DNA of 64,000 nt from a bacterium (GTDB taxonomy: Bacteria > Verrucomicrobiota > Kiritimatiellia > CAIKKV01 > CAITUY01). The notes below the pieces were generated by a model, which made no database searches, was not told the DNA's origin, and saw nothing but the letters and a program-made list of their open reading frames with translations. Shown one piece after another: positions 38,863-48,642 of this stretch. Numbering within the stretch: the stretch's first letter is position 1; each line of letters starts with the position of its first letter. The translations under genes and the position numbers were made by a program. The stretch covers positions 17,714-81,713 of the forward strand of contig JBAXWB010000011.1 in the NCBI GenBank assembly GCA_037128595.1, written 5' to 3'.

Positions 38863-39282
38863 TCACGGCTCCTTCATGGAGGCCACCCGGCCGGGGAAAT
38901 TCTGGGACAACGCGTCAACCAAAGCGCGATGGAACTGCTGGTAATATTCCCGGCTGTCCAGACCGCGGGTTAACGGCATCAAATGCACCGCGATTCTGCC
39001 GCTGGTCCGCTTGGCATAAAAGGCGATGGTCAAACTCGGGGTCGGCTGATAATAGCGGATGATATCCAGATCGCTCGGCTTGGTTTTGGACATTTGGTAG
39101 GTGGTGGCCACCCGATCCAGCACCTCCTTGAGGCGCGTCTCATCCGCATCCGTCACCTTGGGCTCGCCCGCCGCAGGATAGATGAGATAATAGGCGATTT
39201 TCGGCCTTTCGCCGCATCCGGCAAGCAGCGCCAACGCGCACACCACCACACTCAGTCTAGCCAGTTTAGAAAAAAGACGCAT
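38863..39282 (-). CDS. hypothetical lipoprotein
   Basis: Start at MRLFSKLARLSVVVCALALLAGC (lipobox LAGC). No family recognised. Confidence 0.55.
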   Translation of the reverse strand: MRLFSKLARLSVVVCALALLAGCGERPKIAYYLIYPAAGEPKVTDADETRLKEVLDRVATTYQMSKTKPSDLDIIRYYQPTPSLTIAFYAKRTSGRIAVHLMPLTRGLDSREYYQQFHRALVDALSQNFPGRVASMKEP

Positions 39283-39457
39283 GCTCAGCCTCCTCTGCAT
39301 CCCGGATTCAGTCCACCACCCTTCGCGGTGATCCATCCGGTATTACGGGCCCGATGCTAACAACCCACCGGAAAGAAAGAAATGCCATTTATTGACAACA
39401 ACCGATTCCGCAATAGAGCGAAGCACAGGTGGCGGCCGACGTCCCGGCGGCTGCAGG

Positions 39458-39877
39458 CTAATAAGCAGCCTTTTGGGCGCTTTTCTCATCCGGTGAGTTG
39501 GCTTCAATTTTATGAAAGCATTCAGGACACATCGCGTGGCTGGCCTTAAGCATATGCTCTTGTAACAAGTATTCTTCAAAGGGAACCCAACGGTCGCCCA
39601 CCCACACTTTTCTGCACCATGCACATACTCGCAGGTACTTCTCCAACCGGTCTATGCGCCGTAATATCATGACAGTGCCTATGATGATCACAACCCCAAC
39701 CACCGCGCACGAAGCCGTTTCAATAATGTACTCCGCCAATCGATATGGAGTCGGCGGCGCCCCAAACAGGCGATAGGGTATATCCATGAACTCGTCCAAC
39801 CAGATGACGGCCATCATTGCCGCGAATATCAATATTTCCGCCATGACGATACTTGGGGTTCGGAAAAATCGTTTCAT
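39458..39877 (-). CDS. hypothetical two-TM membrane protein with a C-terminal Cys/His zinc-ribbon-like motif (CxxC...HxMCPxC)
   Basis: Two hydrophobic helices, then RVCAWCRKV...SHAMCPECF. It lies in the low-GC islet. Confidence 0.5.
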   Translation of the reverse strand: MKRFFRTPSIVMAEILIFAAMMAVIWLDEFMDIPYRLFGAPPTPYRLAEYIIETASCAVVGVVIIIGTVMILRRIDRLEKYLRVCAWCRKVWVGDRWVPFEEYLLQEHMLKASHAMCPECFHKIEANSPDEKSAQKAAY

Positions 39878-39890
39878 GAGACAACTCCAA

Positions 39891-40064
39891 TTATTTATTA
39901 GATCTTGTTCCGCGGGGTGGCATTAGCCCCCCGGCGGAAAACATCCGCTCGATTTCCGGATTCGCCGCATTAAAATCATCTAACACTACAAATTTTTCCT
40001 TGGCAATTCCGATGCGCTTAGCCATGGCTTTCGGGCGATTAGCGGGTGTATTTGAAAGTGACAT
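39891..40064 (-). CDS. small ORF (57 aa from MSLSN; start uncertain) with a C-terminal RIGIAKEKFVVLDDFNAANPEIERMF segment resembling the C-terminal motif of DUF2281-type antitoxin-like proteins
   Basis: The ORF track shows a 92-aa frame. There is no good SD for any start. The motif resemblance is from memory of the family, and the N-terminal part is not similar. Confidence 0.25.
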   Translation of the reverse strand: MSLSNTPANRPKAMAKRIGIAKEKFVVLDDFNAANPEIERMFSAGGLMPPRGTRSNK

Positions 40065-40265
40065 TCGGAGCAATGTACCGAAGATGAACCGGAGGGGAAA
40101 GCGGAAAGAAAGCGAAGTTATTGGTAATGGGTAATGGGTGATTTGCAACAGGGAGATGAGTTTTATCAAGAACTGAAAAGGCCCACGTACGTATGCGCGC
40201 GGGGTTTCCGGTGTCGGCAGTGGTGGCGCGGGCTCGATGACGGCTGAGGGGGCGGTTCAGTAAAT

Positions 40266-41915
40266 TCAACCTTCACGGCAGGCATCGGCACAAAGAATCC
40301 GGGCGTCGTGCTGGATCTGATGGAGATGCTCGAGGCCTTTGAAACTCTCGGCGTACAGTTTGCACACGTCCTCCGTGCCGGACGGGCGGGAGGCGAACCA
40401 GCCACTGGCCGTGGTGACCTTGAGCCCGCCAATGGGAGCACCATTTCCGGGGGCGGTAGTGAAGACACCTGTGATCGCTTCGCCCGCGAGCGTTTTCGCT
40501 GTGACGGCGGCCGGGGTCAATTTCAACAAGGCCGCTTTCTCGACGGCATTGGCCGGCGCATCAATCCGTTCATAGGCAGGTGCCCCGTATTTCTTTGTCA
40601 GATCCTGATAATGGAGCCCAGGATCGCGCCCCGTAACGGCCGTGATCTCGGCGGCCAGCAGGGCCAGGATGATGCCATCCTTGTCGGTCGTCCAGACGGA
40701 GCCGTCATGGCGGAGGAAGGAGGCACCCGCACTCTCTTCACCACCGAATCCGAACGAGCCGTCGACCAGCCCTGAGACAAACCACTTAAACCCGACCGGC
40801 ACCTCACAGAGCTTTCGTCCAAGCCCGGCCGCCACCCGATCAATCATGGAACTGCTCACCAGGGTCTTGCCCACGGCGGCATCACTCCGCCATCCCGGTC
40901 GGTTCCGATAGAGGTAATCAATGGCCACAGCCAGATAGTGATTGGGGTTCATCAGGCCGGCAGACGGCGTGACAATCCCATGCCGGTCGAAATCGGGGTC
41001 ATTGGCAAAGGCGATATCAAACCGATCCTTCAAGGCAATCAACCCGGCCATGGCGTAAGGGGATGAACAATCCATCCGGATCTTGCCATCCCAGTCCAGG
41101 GTCATGAATCCAAAGGTGAAATCAGGAATCGTGTTGAAGGTTTCGATGTTCAATTTATACAGGTCGGCAATCACCTCCCAATAGGCGGCGCCCGCCCCCC
41201 CTAGCCCGTCAGCCCCCAACTTCAGTTTGGCCCCGGCAACGGCCTCCAAGTTCACGACATTCGCGAGATCCTGCACATACGGGGTGACATAGTCGTACAT
41301 CACCGTGCTAGCGGCCTTCAACGCGCGTTCATAGGAGATGCGCTTGACGCCGTTCAACCCGTTCAGCAGGTAGTCATTGGCCCCCTTGGCGATAACCCCG
41401 GTAATCGTGGTGTCAGCCGGGCCGCCATCAGGGGGATTGTACTTGATCCCGCCATTGTCGGGTGGATTGTGCGACGGGGTGATCACCAGCCCATCGGCCA
41501 CCCCGCCGGTCCCGGCCCGGTTATGGGTAAGGATCGCATGGGAGATCACGGGCGTAGGCGTATACTGGAGCCCCTTGTGCACCATGACCGTCACCCCATT
41601 GGCCGCCAGCACCTCGATGGCGGTGATGTGGGCAGGCTCGGAAAGCGCATGGGTGTCCATGCCTAAAAAGAGCGGCCCCTGGATCCCCTTGGCTTTACGG
41701 AAATCACAGACGGCCTGAACAATCGCCAGGATATGGTCTTCGTTGAAACTCACCTTCAACGAATTACCGCGGTGCCCGGACGTCCCGAAGCTGACCTCCT
41801 GCCCGGGTATACGGACATCCGGTTTGGTTGAATAGTAGGCGGAGACAAGACGGGGGATGTTGGCAAGAAGGGTGCGGGGAACCGGTTTCCCGGCGAGAGG
41901 ATGAATGTTACTCAT
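40266..41915 (-). CDS. pgm: phosphoglucomutase (alpha-D-glucose-phosphate specific)
   Basis: GTSGHRG catalytic Ser loop, GMDTHA Mg-binding-like loop and a 549-aa Pgm architecture. Confidence 0.92.
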   Translation of the reverse strand: MSNIHPLAGKPVPRTLLANIPRLVSAYYSTKPDVRIPGQEVSFGTSGHRGNSLKVSFNEDHILAIVQAVCDFRKAKGIQGPLFLGMDTHALSEPAHITAIEVLAANGVTVMVHKGLQYTPTPVISHAILTHNRAGTGGVADGLVITPSHNPPDNGGIKYNPPDGGPADTTITGVIAKGANDYLLNGLNGVKRISYERALKAASTVMYDYVTPYVQDLANVVNLEAVAGAKLKLGADGLGGAGAAYWEVIADLYKLNIETFNTIPDFTFGFMTLDWDGKIRMDCSSPYAMAGLIALKDRFDIAFANDPDFDRHGIVTPSAGLMNPNHYLAVAIDYLYRNRPGWRSDAAVGKTLVSSSMIDRVAAGLGRKLCEVPVGFKWFVSGLVDGSFGFGGEESAGASFLRHDGSVWTTDKDGIILALLAAEITAVTGRDPGLHYQDLTKKYGAPAYERIDAPANAVEKAALLKLTPAAVTAKTLAGEAITGVFTTAPGNGAPIGGLKVTTASGWFASRPSGTEDVCKLYAESFKGLEHLHQIQHDARILCADACREG

Positions 41916-41949
41916 AGTGATTGACTCCTTAGCTTCTTAATCATTCAGT

Positions 41950-42786
41950 TTATCTCTGGAATTCGCGCGGATCGAGCGGCTGGATCGTGAAGTCCGGCTT
42001 CCAGTTGGGCGATTGACTGTAAAAGGCCATCGCATTGTCACAGGTCAGCCGCCGGATATCCGCATCGGGAAAACCATCCAGGCGGAGCCGCTCCACCACC
42101 TTGACCAGACTCAAGGGATCGGAGACGCCCCAATCGGCGGACCCGTTCACGATCATCCGTTCGCTGCCATACTCGCCGATAATCGCCGCGACACGCTCCG
42201 GATTGAGTTTGGAAATGGGATAGACCGTCATCCCGCAATAGCAGCCGCTCTCGCGGGCCAGCAGGATTGTCTCCTCGGTGTTGTGATCAATCACCACCCA
42301 GTCCGGATTGATCCGTTCCGCCCTGATGATTTCAATGGTCCGCTTGGTTCCCCTCAGTTTATCCACATGCGGCAGATGCACAATCACCGGCATGTGATGC
42401 TCATTCGCCAGATGAAGCTGACGGACAAAGGCGACTTCCTCATTGGGCGTGATGGCGTTGAACCCGATTTCCCCGATGGCCACACAACGCGGATGCATGA
42501 GATACGGCTCCAGGCCATCCATCACCTCTTTGGCCAAAACCATATCCTCGGCCTCTTTGGGATTGAGCGACACGGCGGCATAATGATCGATGCCAAACCG
42601 CCGCGCCCGGACCGTTTCAAACTCGAGAATCAGATCAAAGTAATCGAAGAACGTTCCTGCATACCGGCGATTGCGCCCCATCCAGAAGGAGGGCTCCACA
42701 CAAGCCCTGATACCGGCCAGGTACATGTTGATGTAATCATCGGTCGTCCGCGAATACATGTGAATATGCGGTTCAATAATGGTCAT
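41950..42786 (-). CDS. metal-dependent TIM-barrel hydrolase (TatD / amidohydrolase-2 superfamily)
   Basis: IEPHIHM N-terminal metal-ligand motif and later His/Asp ligands. The exact family is not certain. Confidence 0.5.
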   Translation of the reverse strand: MTIIEPHIHMYSRTTDDYINMYLAGIRACVEPSFWMGRNRRYAGTFFDYFDLILEFETVRARRFGIDHYAAVSLNPKEAEDMVLAKEVMDGLEPYLMHPRCVAIGEIGFNAITPNEEVAFVRQLHLANEHHMPVIVHLPHVDKLRGTKRTIEIIRAERINPDWVVIDHNTEETILLARESGCYCGMTVYPISKLNPERVAAIIGEYGSERMIVNGSADWGVSDPLSLVKVVERLRLDGFPDADIRRLTCDNAMAFYSQSPNWKPDFTIQPLDPREFQR

Positions 42787-42794
42787 AGCAGCCC

Positions 42795-43835
42795 CTATTT
42801 GGAAAAAGTTATCCTTGGATCAATCAACGTATAACAAAAATCCGAAATAATGTTACCGAGAAGTCCCAGAATGGAGGTCAGGGCCAGGATGCCCATGAAC
42901 ACCGGATAGTCACGTCCGACAATCGCCTCCAGACTCAGCCGGCCCATCCCGGGTATCTCGAAAATCTGTTCAATGATGACGGAGCCGGCAAACATGACGC
43001 CCAGAATGCCGCCGATCCCAGTCGCAATTGGAATCAACGCATTGCGCAAAGCGTGGCCCCACACCGCCCGCCGGGCTGACCCGCCCTTGGCCAGGACCGT
43101 TCGCAGATAATCCTTACCGATCTGATCCAGGAGTGAATTTTTCATCAGCAGGGTCAACACCGCAAATCCCCCGATGACATAGCAGAGCACCGGCAGCACC
43201 ATATGCCAGATCGCATCACCCACCTGCCCCAGCCAGGAGAGGGATTGATAGGACTCCGAATGAACCCCGGAGAGCGGAAAGAGATCCCATAGATTTTCCG
43301 CCGTACCGCAGAGCAGCATCTTCAGCACCATTCCAAAAGCCACGGTGGGAATCGCATAGCCGGTCAGCACGATCACACTGGACCCCAGGTCAAAGGCGCT
43401 GCCATTCTTCAGTGCCTTGCTGATTCCCAGCGGGATACAGATCAAGTAACTCAGGACCACGCCGGTCAGCCCGAAAACCAGCGACACCGGCATCCGCTCC
43501 CGGATCAATTGCCAGGCGGTCTTATTGGGATACTTGAAGGAGTCCTGCTGCATCCCCAGCCGGTCGTGGACCAGCCACTTCCAATATTGGGTAAGAAACG
43601 GCTTATCGAAGCCAAAATGCTTTTCCAGCGCCTTGCGCTGTTCCGCCGTAATGGTCCCCGAGGCGCCCGCCGCCATCTTCCCTTCCCCGGCGTTGATGCC
43701 TTTCATCTGCATGATGATCTGCTCCACCGGCCCGCCGGGCACCACCTGAACCAGGCCATAGCACATGAGGGTAATTCCCAGAAACGTGGGAATCACCAGC
43801 AACAACCGCCTGATAAAATAAGTGGTCCGCTCCAT
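42795..43835 (-). CDS. ABC transporter permease, YejB/OppB-like (long periplasmic loop between TM1 and TM2)
   Basis: BPD transport-system inner-membrane signature in the C-terminal half. Start at MERTTYFIRRLL. No partner ABC genes are adjacent. Confidence 0.7.
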   Translation of the reverse strand: MERTTYFIRRLLLVIPTFLGITLMCYGLVQVVPGGPVEQIIMQMKGINAGEGKMAAGASGTITAEQRKALEKHFGFDKPFLTQYWKWLVHDRLGMQQDSFKYPNKTAWQLIRERMPVSLVFGLTGVVLSYLICIPLGISKALKNGSAFDLGSSVIVLTGYAIPTVAFGMVLKMLLCGTAENLWDLFPLSGVHSESYQSLSWLGQVGDAIWHMVLPVLCYVIGGFAVLTLLMKNSLLDQIGKDYLRTVLAKGGSARRAVWGHALRNALIPIATGIGGILGVMFAGSVIIEQIFEIPGMGRLSLEAIVGRDYPVFMGILALTSILGLLGNIISDFCYTLIDPRITFSK

Positions 43836-43930
43836 AAAAAAACTCCGTGCCTCCCAAAAACCGGAGACACGGAGAATACTACACGCGATTAGCCCCAAGA
43901 AGAAAAATTTAACCGCGAAACACGCTAAAA

Positions 43931-43961
43931 ACGCGAAAAAGTATTAATCCCCCTTTCGCGT
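43931..43961 (-). terminator. candidate intrinsic terminator for gnd (minus strand): ACGCGAAA-15 nt loop-TTTCGCGT followed by UUUUAG
   Basis: 8-bp perfect stem seen in sequence, followed on the minus strand by TTTTAGCGTG. It lies 32-62 nt downstream of the gnd stop. Confidence 0.35.
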
Positions 43962-43992
43962 GTTTCGTAGTCGACCCCCTCCTGAATCTGAT

Positions 43993-45447
43993 TTAGACCA
44001 CGTAGGTGGTCGCCACGGTCGAGCCACCGGATCCTGTCCAATTGGTATGGAAGGCTTCCCCGCGCGGCTTGTCCACGCGCTCATACGTATGGGCGCCGAA
44101 GTAGTCGCGCTGCGCCTGCAGCAGGTTCGCCGGCAACCGCTCACAGCGGTACCCGTCATAATAATTCAGGGCCGCACTCATCGAAGGCATCGGGATTCCC
44201 AGCTTGATCGCCATGGAAAGCGTTTTCCGCCAGGAAGTCTGGGACCGCGCCGTCGCCTTCTGGAAGAAGGGATCCATCAGCAGATTATCGAGACCCGGGT
44301 TCTTGGTGAACGCCGTCTTGATCTTGCCCAGGAAGGCGGAGCGGATGATACAGCCACCGCGCCACATCAAGGCGATCCCGCCATAGTTCAGATCCCAGCC
44401 ATTTTCCTTGGCCGCCGCCCGCATTACCTGATAGCCCTGGGCATAGGACACAATCTTCGAGGCATACAACGCCTTGCGCAGATCCTTGATCATGGCCGCC
44501 TTGTTCCCCTTGAACACGGCCTTGGGGCCCACCAGCACCTTCGAGGCGGCAACGCGCTCGGACTTGATGGCTGAAATGCAGCGAGCAAACACGGCCTCGG
44601 CAATCAAGGTCAGCGGCATTCCGGAATCCAGGGCCGCAATCACGGTCCACTTACCGGTTCCCTTCTGGCCGGCTGCATCGAGGATCAGATCCACCACTTC
44701 CTGGCCCTGTTCATTCTTGTAGCCCAGGATGTCACGGGTGATCTCGATCAGATAGCTATCCAGTTCGCCCTGATTCCATTCGGTAAACACCTGATGCATT
44801 TCGGCATTGGTCATGCCCAGACCATTTTTCATCATGTGGTAGGTTTCGCAGATCATCTGCATATCACCATACTCAATCCCGTTGTGAACCATCTTCACAA
44901 AATGGCCGGCACCGTCCTGACCCACCCAGTCGCAACAGGGTTCGCCTTTGTCCGTCATGGCGCAGATCTTCTGGAAAATGGGCTTCACATGGGGCCAGGC
45001 CGCAGGCGAGCCGCCGGGCATGATGGACGGGCCCAGCAGGGCGCCTTCTTCACCGCCGCTGACGCCGGTGCCGATGTAGAGCAAGCCCTTGCTTTCAACA
45101 TATTTCGTCCGGCGCGTGGTGTCCGGGAAATGGCTGTTTCCGCCATCAATGATGATATCGCCCGCTGACAGATGAGGAATCAACTGCTCGATGAACTCAT
45201 CCACCGGCTTGCCAGCCTTGACCATCAACATGATTTTCCGGGGACTCTTGAGCTGGCTGACCAACTCGGGGATACTGTGGGCGCCGAGAAGATTCTTTCC
45301 CTTACCGCGGCCGGCGATAAATTCATCCACCTTGCTGGTGGTCCGGTTATAACACGCCACGGTGAAACCCTTGCTCTCCATATTGAGCACCAGGTTTTCG
45401 CCCATTACCGCCAACCCGATCAATCCGATATCTGCTTTTTGCATCAT
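43993..45447 (-). CDS. gnd: 6-phosphogluconate dehydrogenase (decarboxylating)
   Basis: IGLIGLAVMGENLVLNM Rossmann N-terminus and a full-length 484-aa Gnd pattern. Confidence 0.95.
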   Translation of the reverse strand: MMQKADIGLIGLAVMGENLVLNMESKGFTVACYNRTTSKVDEFIAGRGKGKNLLGAHSIPELVSQLKSPRKIMLMVKAGKPVDEFIEQLIPHLSAGDIIIDGGNSHFPDTTRRTKYVESKGLLYIGTGVSGGEEGALLGPSIMPGGSPAAWPHVKPIFQKICAMTDKGEPCCDWVGQDGAGHFVKMVHNGIEYGDMQMICETYHMMKNGLGMTNAEMHQVFTEWNQGELDSYLIEITRDILGYKNEQGQEVVDLILDAAGQKGTGKWTVIAALDSGMPLTLIAEAVFARCISAIKSERVAASKVLVGPKAVFKGNKAAMIKDLRKALYASKIVSYAQGYQVMRAAAKENGWDLNYGGIALMWRGGCIIRSAFLGKIKTAFTKNPGLDNLLMDPFFQKATARSQTSWRKTLSMAIKLGIPMPSMSAALNYYDGYRCERLPANLLQAQRDYFGAHTYERVDKPRGEAFHTNWTGSGGSTVATTYVV

Positions 45448-45469
45448 TATTTCTCCATTTAGTAATTAT

Positions 45470-46315
45470 TTATACGCCACTGAATGCGCTGAACCCGCCA
45501 TCCACGGGAATCACCGTCCCTGTCACAAATCCCGCGGCTTCCGCACTCACCAGCCACAAGAGGACCCCGACCAGATCTTCGGACGAGCCGAATTTTCCCA
45601 TGGGGGTGTGGGCAATGATCGTGTTCCCGCGCGCCGTTAAACTTCCATCCGGCTTGGTCAGCAACGCCCGGTTCTGATCCGTCAGGAAAAAGCCGGGGGC
45701 AATCGCGTTGACCCGGACCCCGACCTTCGAGAAATGAACGGCCAGCCATTGCGTGAAATTGCTCACCGCCGCCTTCGCGCCGCTATACGCCGGAATCTTC
45801 GTCAGGGGGGTAAAGGCATTCATCGAGGAAATGTTGATGACCACCCCTGCCCCGGCTTTCGCCATGGACTTGGTGAACACCTGGGTCGGCAGAAGCGTGC
45901 CCAGGAAATTCAGATTGAACACAAACTCGATGCCCTTGGGATCGAGATCATAAAACGTGGTGATCCCCTCGACCGCCTGGTTCAGATCCTCAGGCATCAG
46001 GTACTCGCGTGAGGTCGTGCCTTTGGGATGATTGCCGCCAGCGCCATTGACCAGGATCGATACCGCGCCCAGCTCTTTTTCGACGAGAACATTCGCCTGC
46101 TCCAGGCTGGCCTTGTCGAGGACATTGCACGCCACGCCGATGGCCTGGCCGCCGGCGGCCTTGATCTCGGCCGCAACCCGGTCCGCATTCTCCTGCTTGA
46201 GGTCGGCCACCGCCACCTTAGCGCCACATTGGGCCAATGCCTTGGCCATCGTACTGCACAACACTCCGCCGCCGCCGGTCACCAGCGCGACTTGTCCCTT
46301 AAGATTCACGGTCAT
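45470..46315 (-). CDS. SDR family oxidoreductase (sugar/sugar-acid dehydrogenase-like)
   Basis: TGGGGVLCSTMAKAL Rossmann motif and a YSGAK catalytic motif. Start at MTVNLKGQVALVTGG. Confidence 0.8.
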   Translation of the reverse strand: MTVNLKGQVALVTGGGGVLCSTMAKALAQCGAKVAVADLKQENADRVAAEIKAAGGQAIGVACNVLDKASLEQANVLVEKELGAVSILVNGAGGNHPKGTTSREYLMPEDLNQAVEGITTFYDLDPKGIEFVFNLNFLGTLLPTQVFTKSMAKAGAGVVINISSMNAFTPLTKIPAYSGAKAAVSNFTQWLAVHFSKVGVRVNAIAPGFFLTDQNRALLTKPDGSLTARGNTIIAHTPMGKFGSSEDLVGVLLWLVSAEAAGFVTGTVIPVDGGFSAFSGV

Positions 46316-46334
46316 CGGTACTTTCACACACACC

Positions 46335-47621
46335 TCATTTAGTTGTTTCCAAGCCACCCAGTTCCGCCGGCGCATGTTTCAGCCGGTACAGAATTTCGCC
46401 CGCTTTGGGCACATACAGAATTCCCTCATCCTCACGTCCGACATAATCTGCAGGGTTGATGGTCCGGTAATCCATCCAGCCCATATTGATCTTCCGGCAA
46501 ATGGCTTCCGGGATCCCCGTCGCCAGCACCACGTTCACACGCCCTTTTTCCACGCCATTTTCATACGTGCCAATCCCACGCACATGGGTCGAATGGGCCA
46601 GCACGCCCCAAGGGTAATTTTTAAACTTATCCCACTGTTTCAGGAAATAATCACGGGTATGATAACCCAACTCCTCAATCAACCGGCCGTGGGAGACCGA
46701 TACCTCGGTGATGTGCGGGGCATAAATAATCAGGGTCCCGCCATCCGCGACGACGGGTTCCAGTTTATACATGCACTTGGCGCCCACCCACAGGTCGTCA
46801 TACATCTTCGGCGCACAGGAGAGCACCGTATGGAACGGCTTATCCTTGAATTCAATGTGGATCTTCCGGGAGAGATCGGAAGCCTCTTCCCAGGCGCCTT
46901 CAGGCGTGCCGGCATACAGCCCGGCCAGATCATGCCCCTTCACCACCATGCATAACGCCTTGCGTTCCACCTTCAGCAGGGACGCCGCCCGGTCCACGAC
47001 CTTGCGCACCGGGGTCCATTTGCTGCCAATGATCATCGGATTGGTGATCACCGCGCCCAGCCAGTGGAAGAAATTCAGGATTTCCTCACCCGCAATGCCG
47101 GGGAACAAATATTTGTTTCCGCCGGAGAAACCGACGACTTCATGGGGGAACACCGGCCCCAGAATCACCAGCAGGTCGTAATTCTGCACCATCCGGTTGA
47201 TCGAGACGCCCACGTCCATTTCAAACAGGCCCCCCGTTAACTCCCGGACATCGGCCTTGGACAGGCGGCCGACCTCGAACAGCGCCTCCGGATTGTTCCA
47301 CTCATGATTGAAAAAGCGGGTGCGGGCATATTTCGAGCGGTGCTCTTCCTCGGTGATCTCCACGCGGGCATAGATCTGATCCATCGGCATAGGCGGATGC
47401 GTTCCCAGGGCGACCATGAAATCCAATTGCGCCGCATCCCCGGCCGCCTCCTGGACCAGCCGGAACATCATGCCCAGCGGACAGGACCGCGTGGCATCCG
47501 GAATAACAACCAGTACTTTGCGGCCGCGCACCTTCCAGGAGGCAAACGCCTCCTGACAAATCCGCCTGGCCTCCACCTCAGTGACCGCCTTATCCGAAAA
47601 TCCTAATCCGATGGTTTTCAT
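46335..47621 (-). CDS. LarA-family protein (nickel-pincer-nucleotide-dependent 2-hydroxyacid racemase/epimerase homolog, DUF2088)
   Basis: GTHPPMP and GFSGGNKYLFPG (the Lys aligns with the NPN-tethering Lys of LarA), plus His-rich C-terminal motifs. Start at MKTIGLGF. Confidence 0.65.
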   Translation of the reverse strand: MKTIGLGFSDKAVTEVEARRICQEAFASWKVRGRKVLVVIPDATRSCPLGMMFRLVQEAAGDAAQLDFMVALGTHPPMPMDQIYARVEITEEEHRSKYARTRFFNHEWNNPEALFEVGRLSKADVRELTGGLFEMDVGVSINRMVQNYDLLVILGPVFPHEVVGFSGGNKYLFPGIAGEEILNFFHWLGAVITNPMIIGSKWTPVRKVVDRAASLLKVERKALCMVVKGHDLAGLYAGTPEGAWEEASDLSRKIHIEFKDKPFHTVLSCAPKMYDDLWVGAKCMYKLEPVVADGGTLIIYAPHITEVSVSHGRLIEELGYHTRDYFLKQWDKFKNYPWGVLAHSTHVRGIGTYENGVEKGRVNVVLATGIPEAICRKINMGWMDYRTINPADYVGREDEGILYVPKAGEILYRLKHAPAELGGLETTK

Positions 47622-47672
47622 GGGAGAAATCCTATCCATTCACCTGCAAATCATGCAAGTCATATCACGATC

Positions 47673-48590
47673 TCATACGTTTGAGGTGGCTCTGAGGCCC
47701 TCTTCCAACCCGAACTTGGGGACATACCCCAGGGCCTCACGAATCTTGGAGATATCCGCGAGGGAATGTTTGATGTCCCCGGCACGTGCCTCCTTGAATT
47801 GGGGGGTGACCTGAACGCCTATGATGGTTTTCAGGGCATCCAGCAGTTGCAGCAATGACACCGTCTTGCCGGTCGCCACATTGAATACCTCACCGTGCCC
47901 CACTTTCGCCGACCGCATAGCCAGGAGATTGGCCTGCACCACATCTTTGACATACACAAAGTCACGGGTCTGCTGGCCATCGCCGAAGATGGTGGGAATC
48001 CGGCCACTCCGGAGGTCATCCGTAAACCGCGAGATCACCCCTGAGTACATCGACTTCCCGTCCTGCCGGGGGCCAAACACATTGAAATAGCGCAAGGCCA
48101 CGGTTTCGACCCCATACAGGCTGCTGTACAGTTTCAGGTAATACTCACCTGTCAATTTTCCCAGGGCATAGGGGGATTCCGGTTCAGGCAACATATCCTC
48201 GCGCTTGGGGAGCACGGGATTATTGCCATACACCGCCGCCGAGGTGGCGAACACCACGCGTTTGACCTTGGCCTCACGGGCAGCCTGCAGCACATTCAAC
48301 GTGCCGCGAATGTTGATCGAGTCATTGTCGATGGGCTTTTCAACGGAAACGCCTACGGACACCAGGGCCGCCTCATGAAACACCCGCGACACGCCCTTCA
48401 TGGCGGCACGCAACGCCTCAGGATCACAGACATCGCCGCGGATGACCTCAATCCCCTCACCAAAGCCCTTGAGGTTTTCCAGTTTTCCGCTGGAGAAATT
48501 ATCAAAGACCCGGACCTTCGTTCCCTCTGCCACTAACGCTTCAGCGATGTGCGAGCCAATAAATCCACAACCACCTGTAATTAATATCAT
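47673..48590 (-). CDS. NAD-dependent epimerase/dehydratase family protein (UDP-sugar 4-epimerase-like)
   Basis: ILITGGCGFIGSH and YALGKLTGEYY (YxxxK). Start at MILITGG, because the longer ORF-track start would overlap the upstream gene by 50 nt. Confidence 0.8.
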   Translation of the reverse strand: MILITGGCGFIGSHIAEALVAEGTKVRVFDNFSSGKLENLKGFGEGIEVIRGDVCDPEALRAAMKGVSRVFHEAALVSVGVSVEKPIDNDSINIRGTLNVLQAAREAKVKRVVFATSAAVYGNNPVLPKREDMLPEPESPYALGKLTGEYYLKLYSSLYGVETVALRYFNVFGPRQDGKSMYSGVISRFTDDLRSGRIPTIFGDGQQTRDFVYVKDVVQANLLAMRSAKVGHGEVFNVATGKTVSLLQLLDALKTIIGVQVTPQFKEARAGDIKHSLADISKIREALGYVPKFGLEEGLRATSNV

Positions 48591-48642
48591 GGCCGTACTG
48601 TTCCATTTAGAACGTTTATGCGCAAATACAATGTCATCCAGG

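Noticed and set aside
39891-40169. Full 92-aa ORF-track frame as a gene (MIKLISLLQITHYPLPIT...)
   Set aside because: The N-terminal 35 residues are low-complexity with no SD before any candidate start. Only the C-terminal 57 aa (from MSLSN) carry a recognisable motif, so it is reported as a low-confidence short ORF instead.
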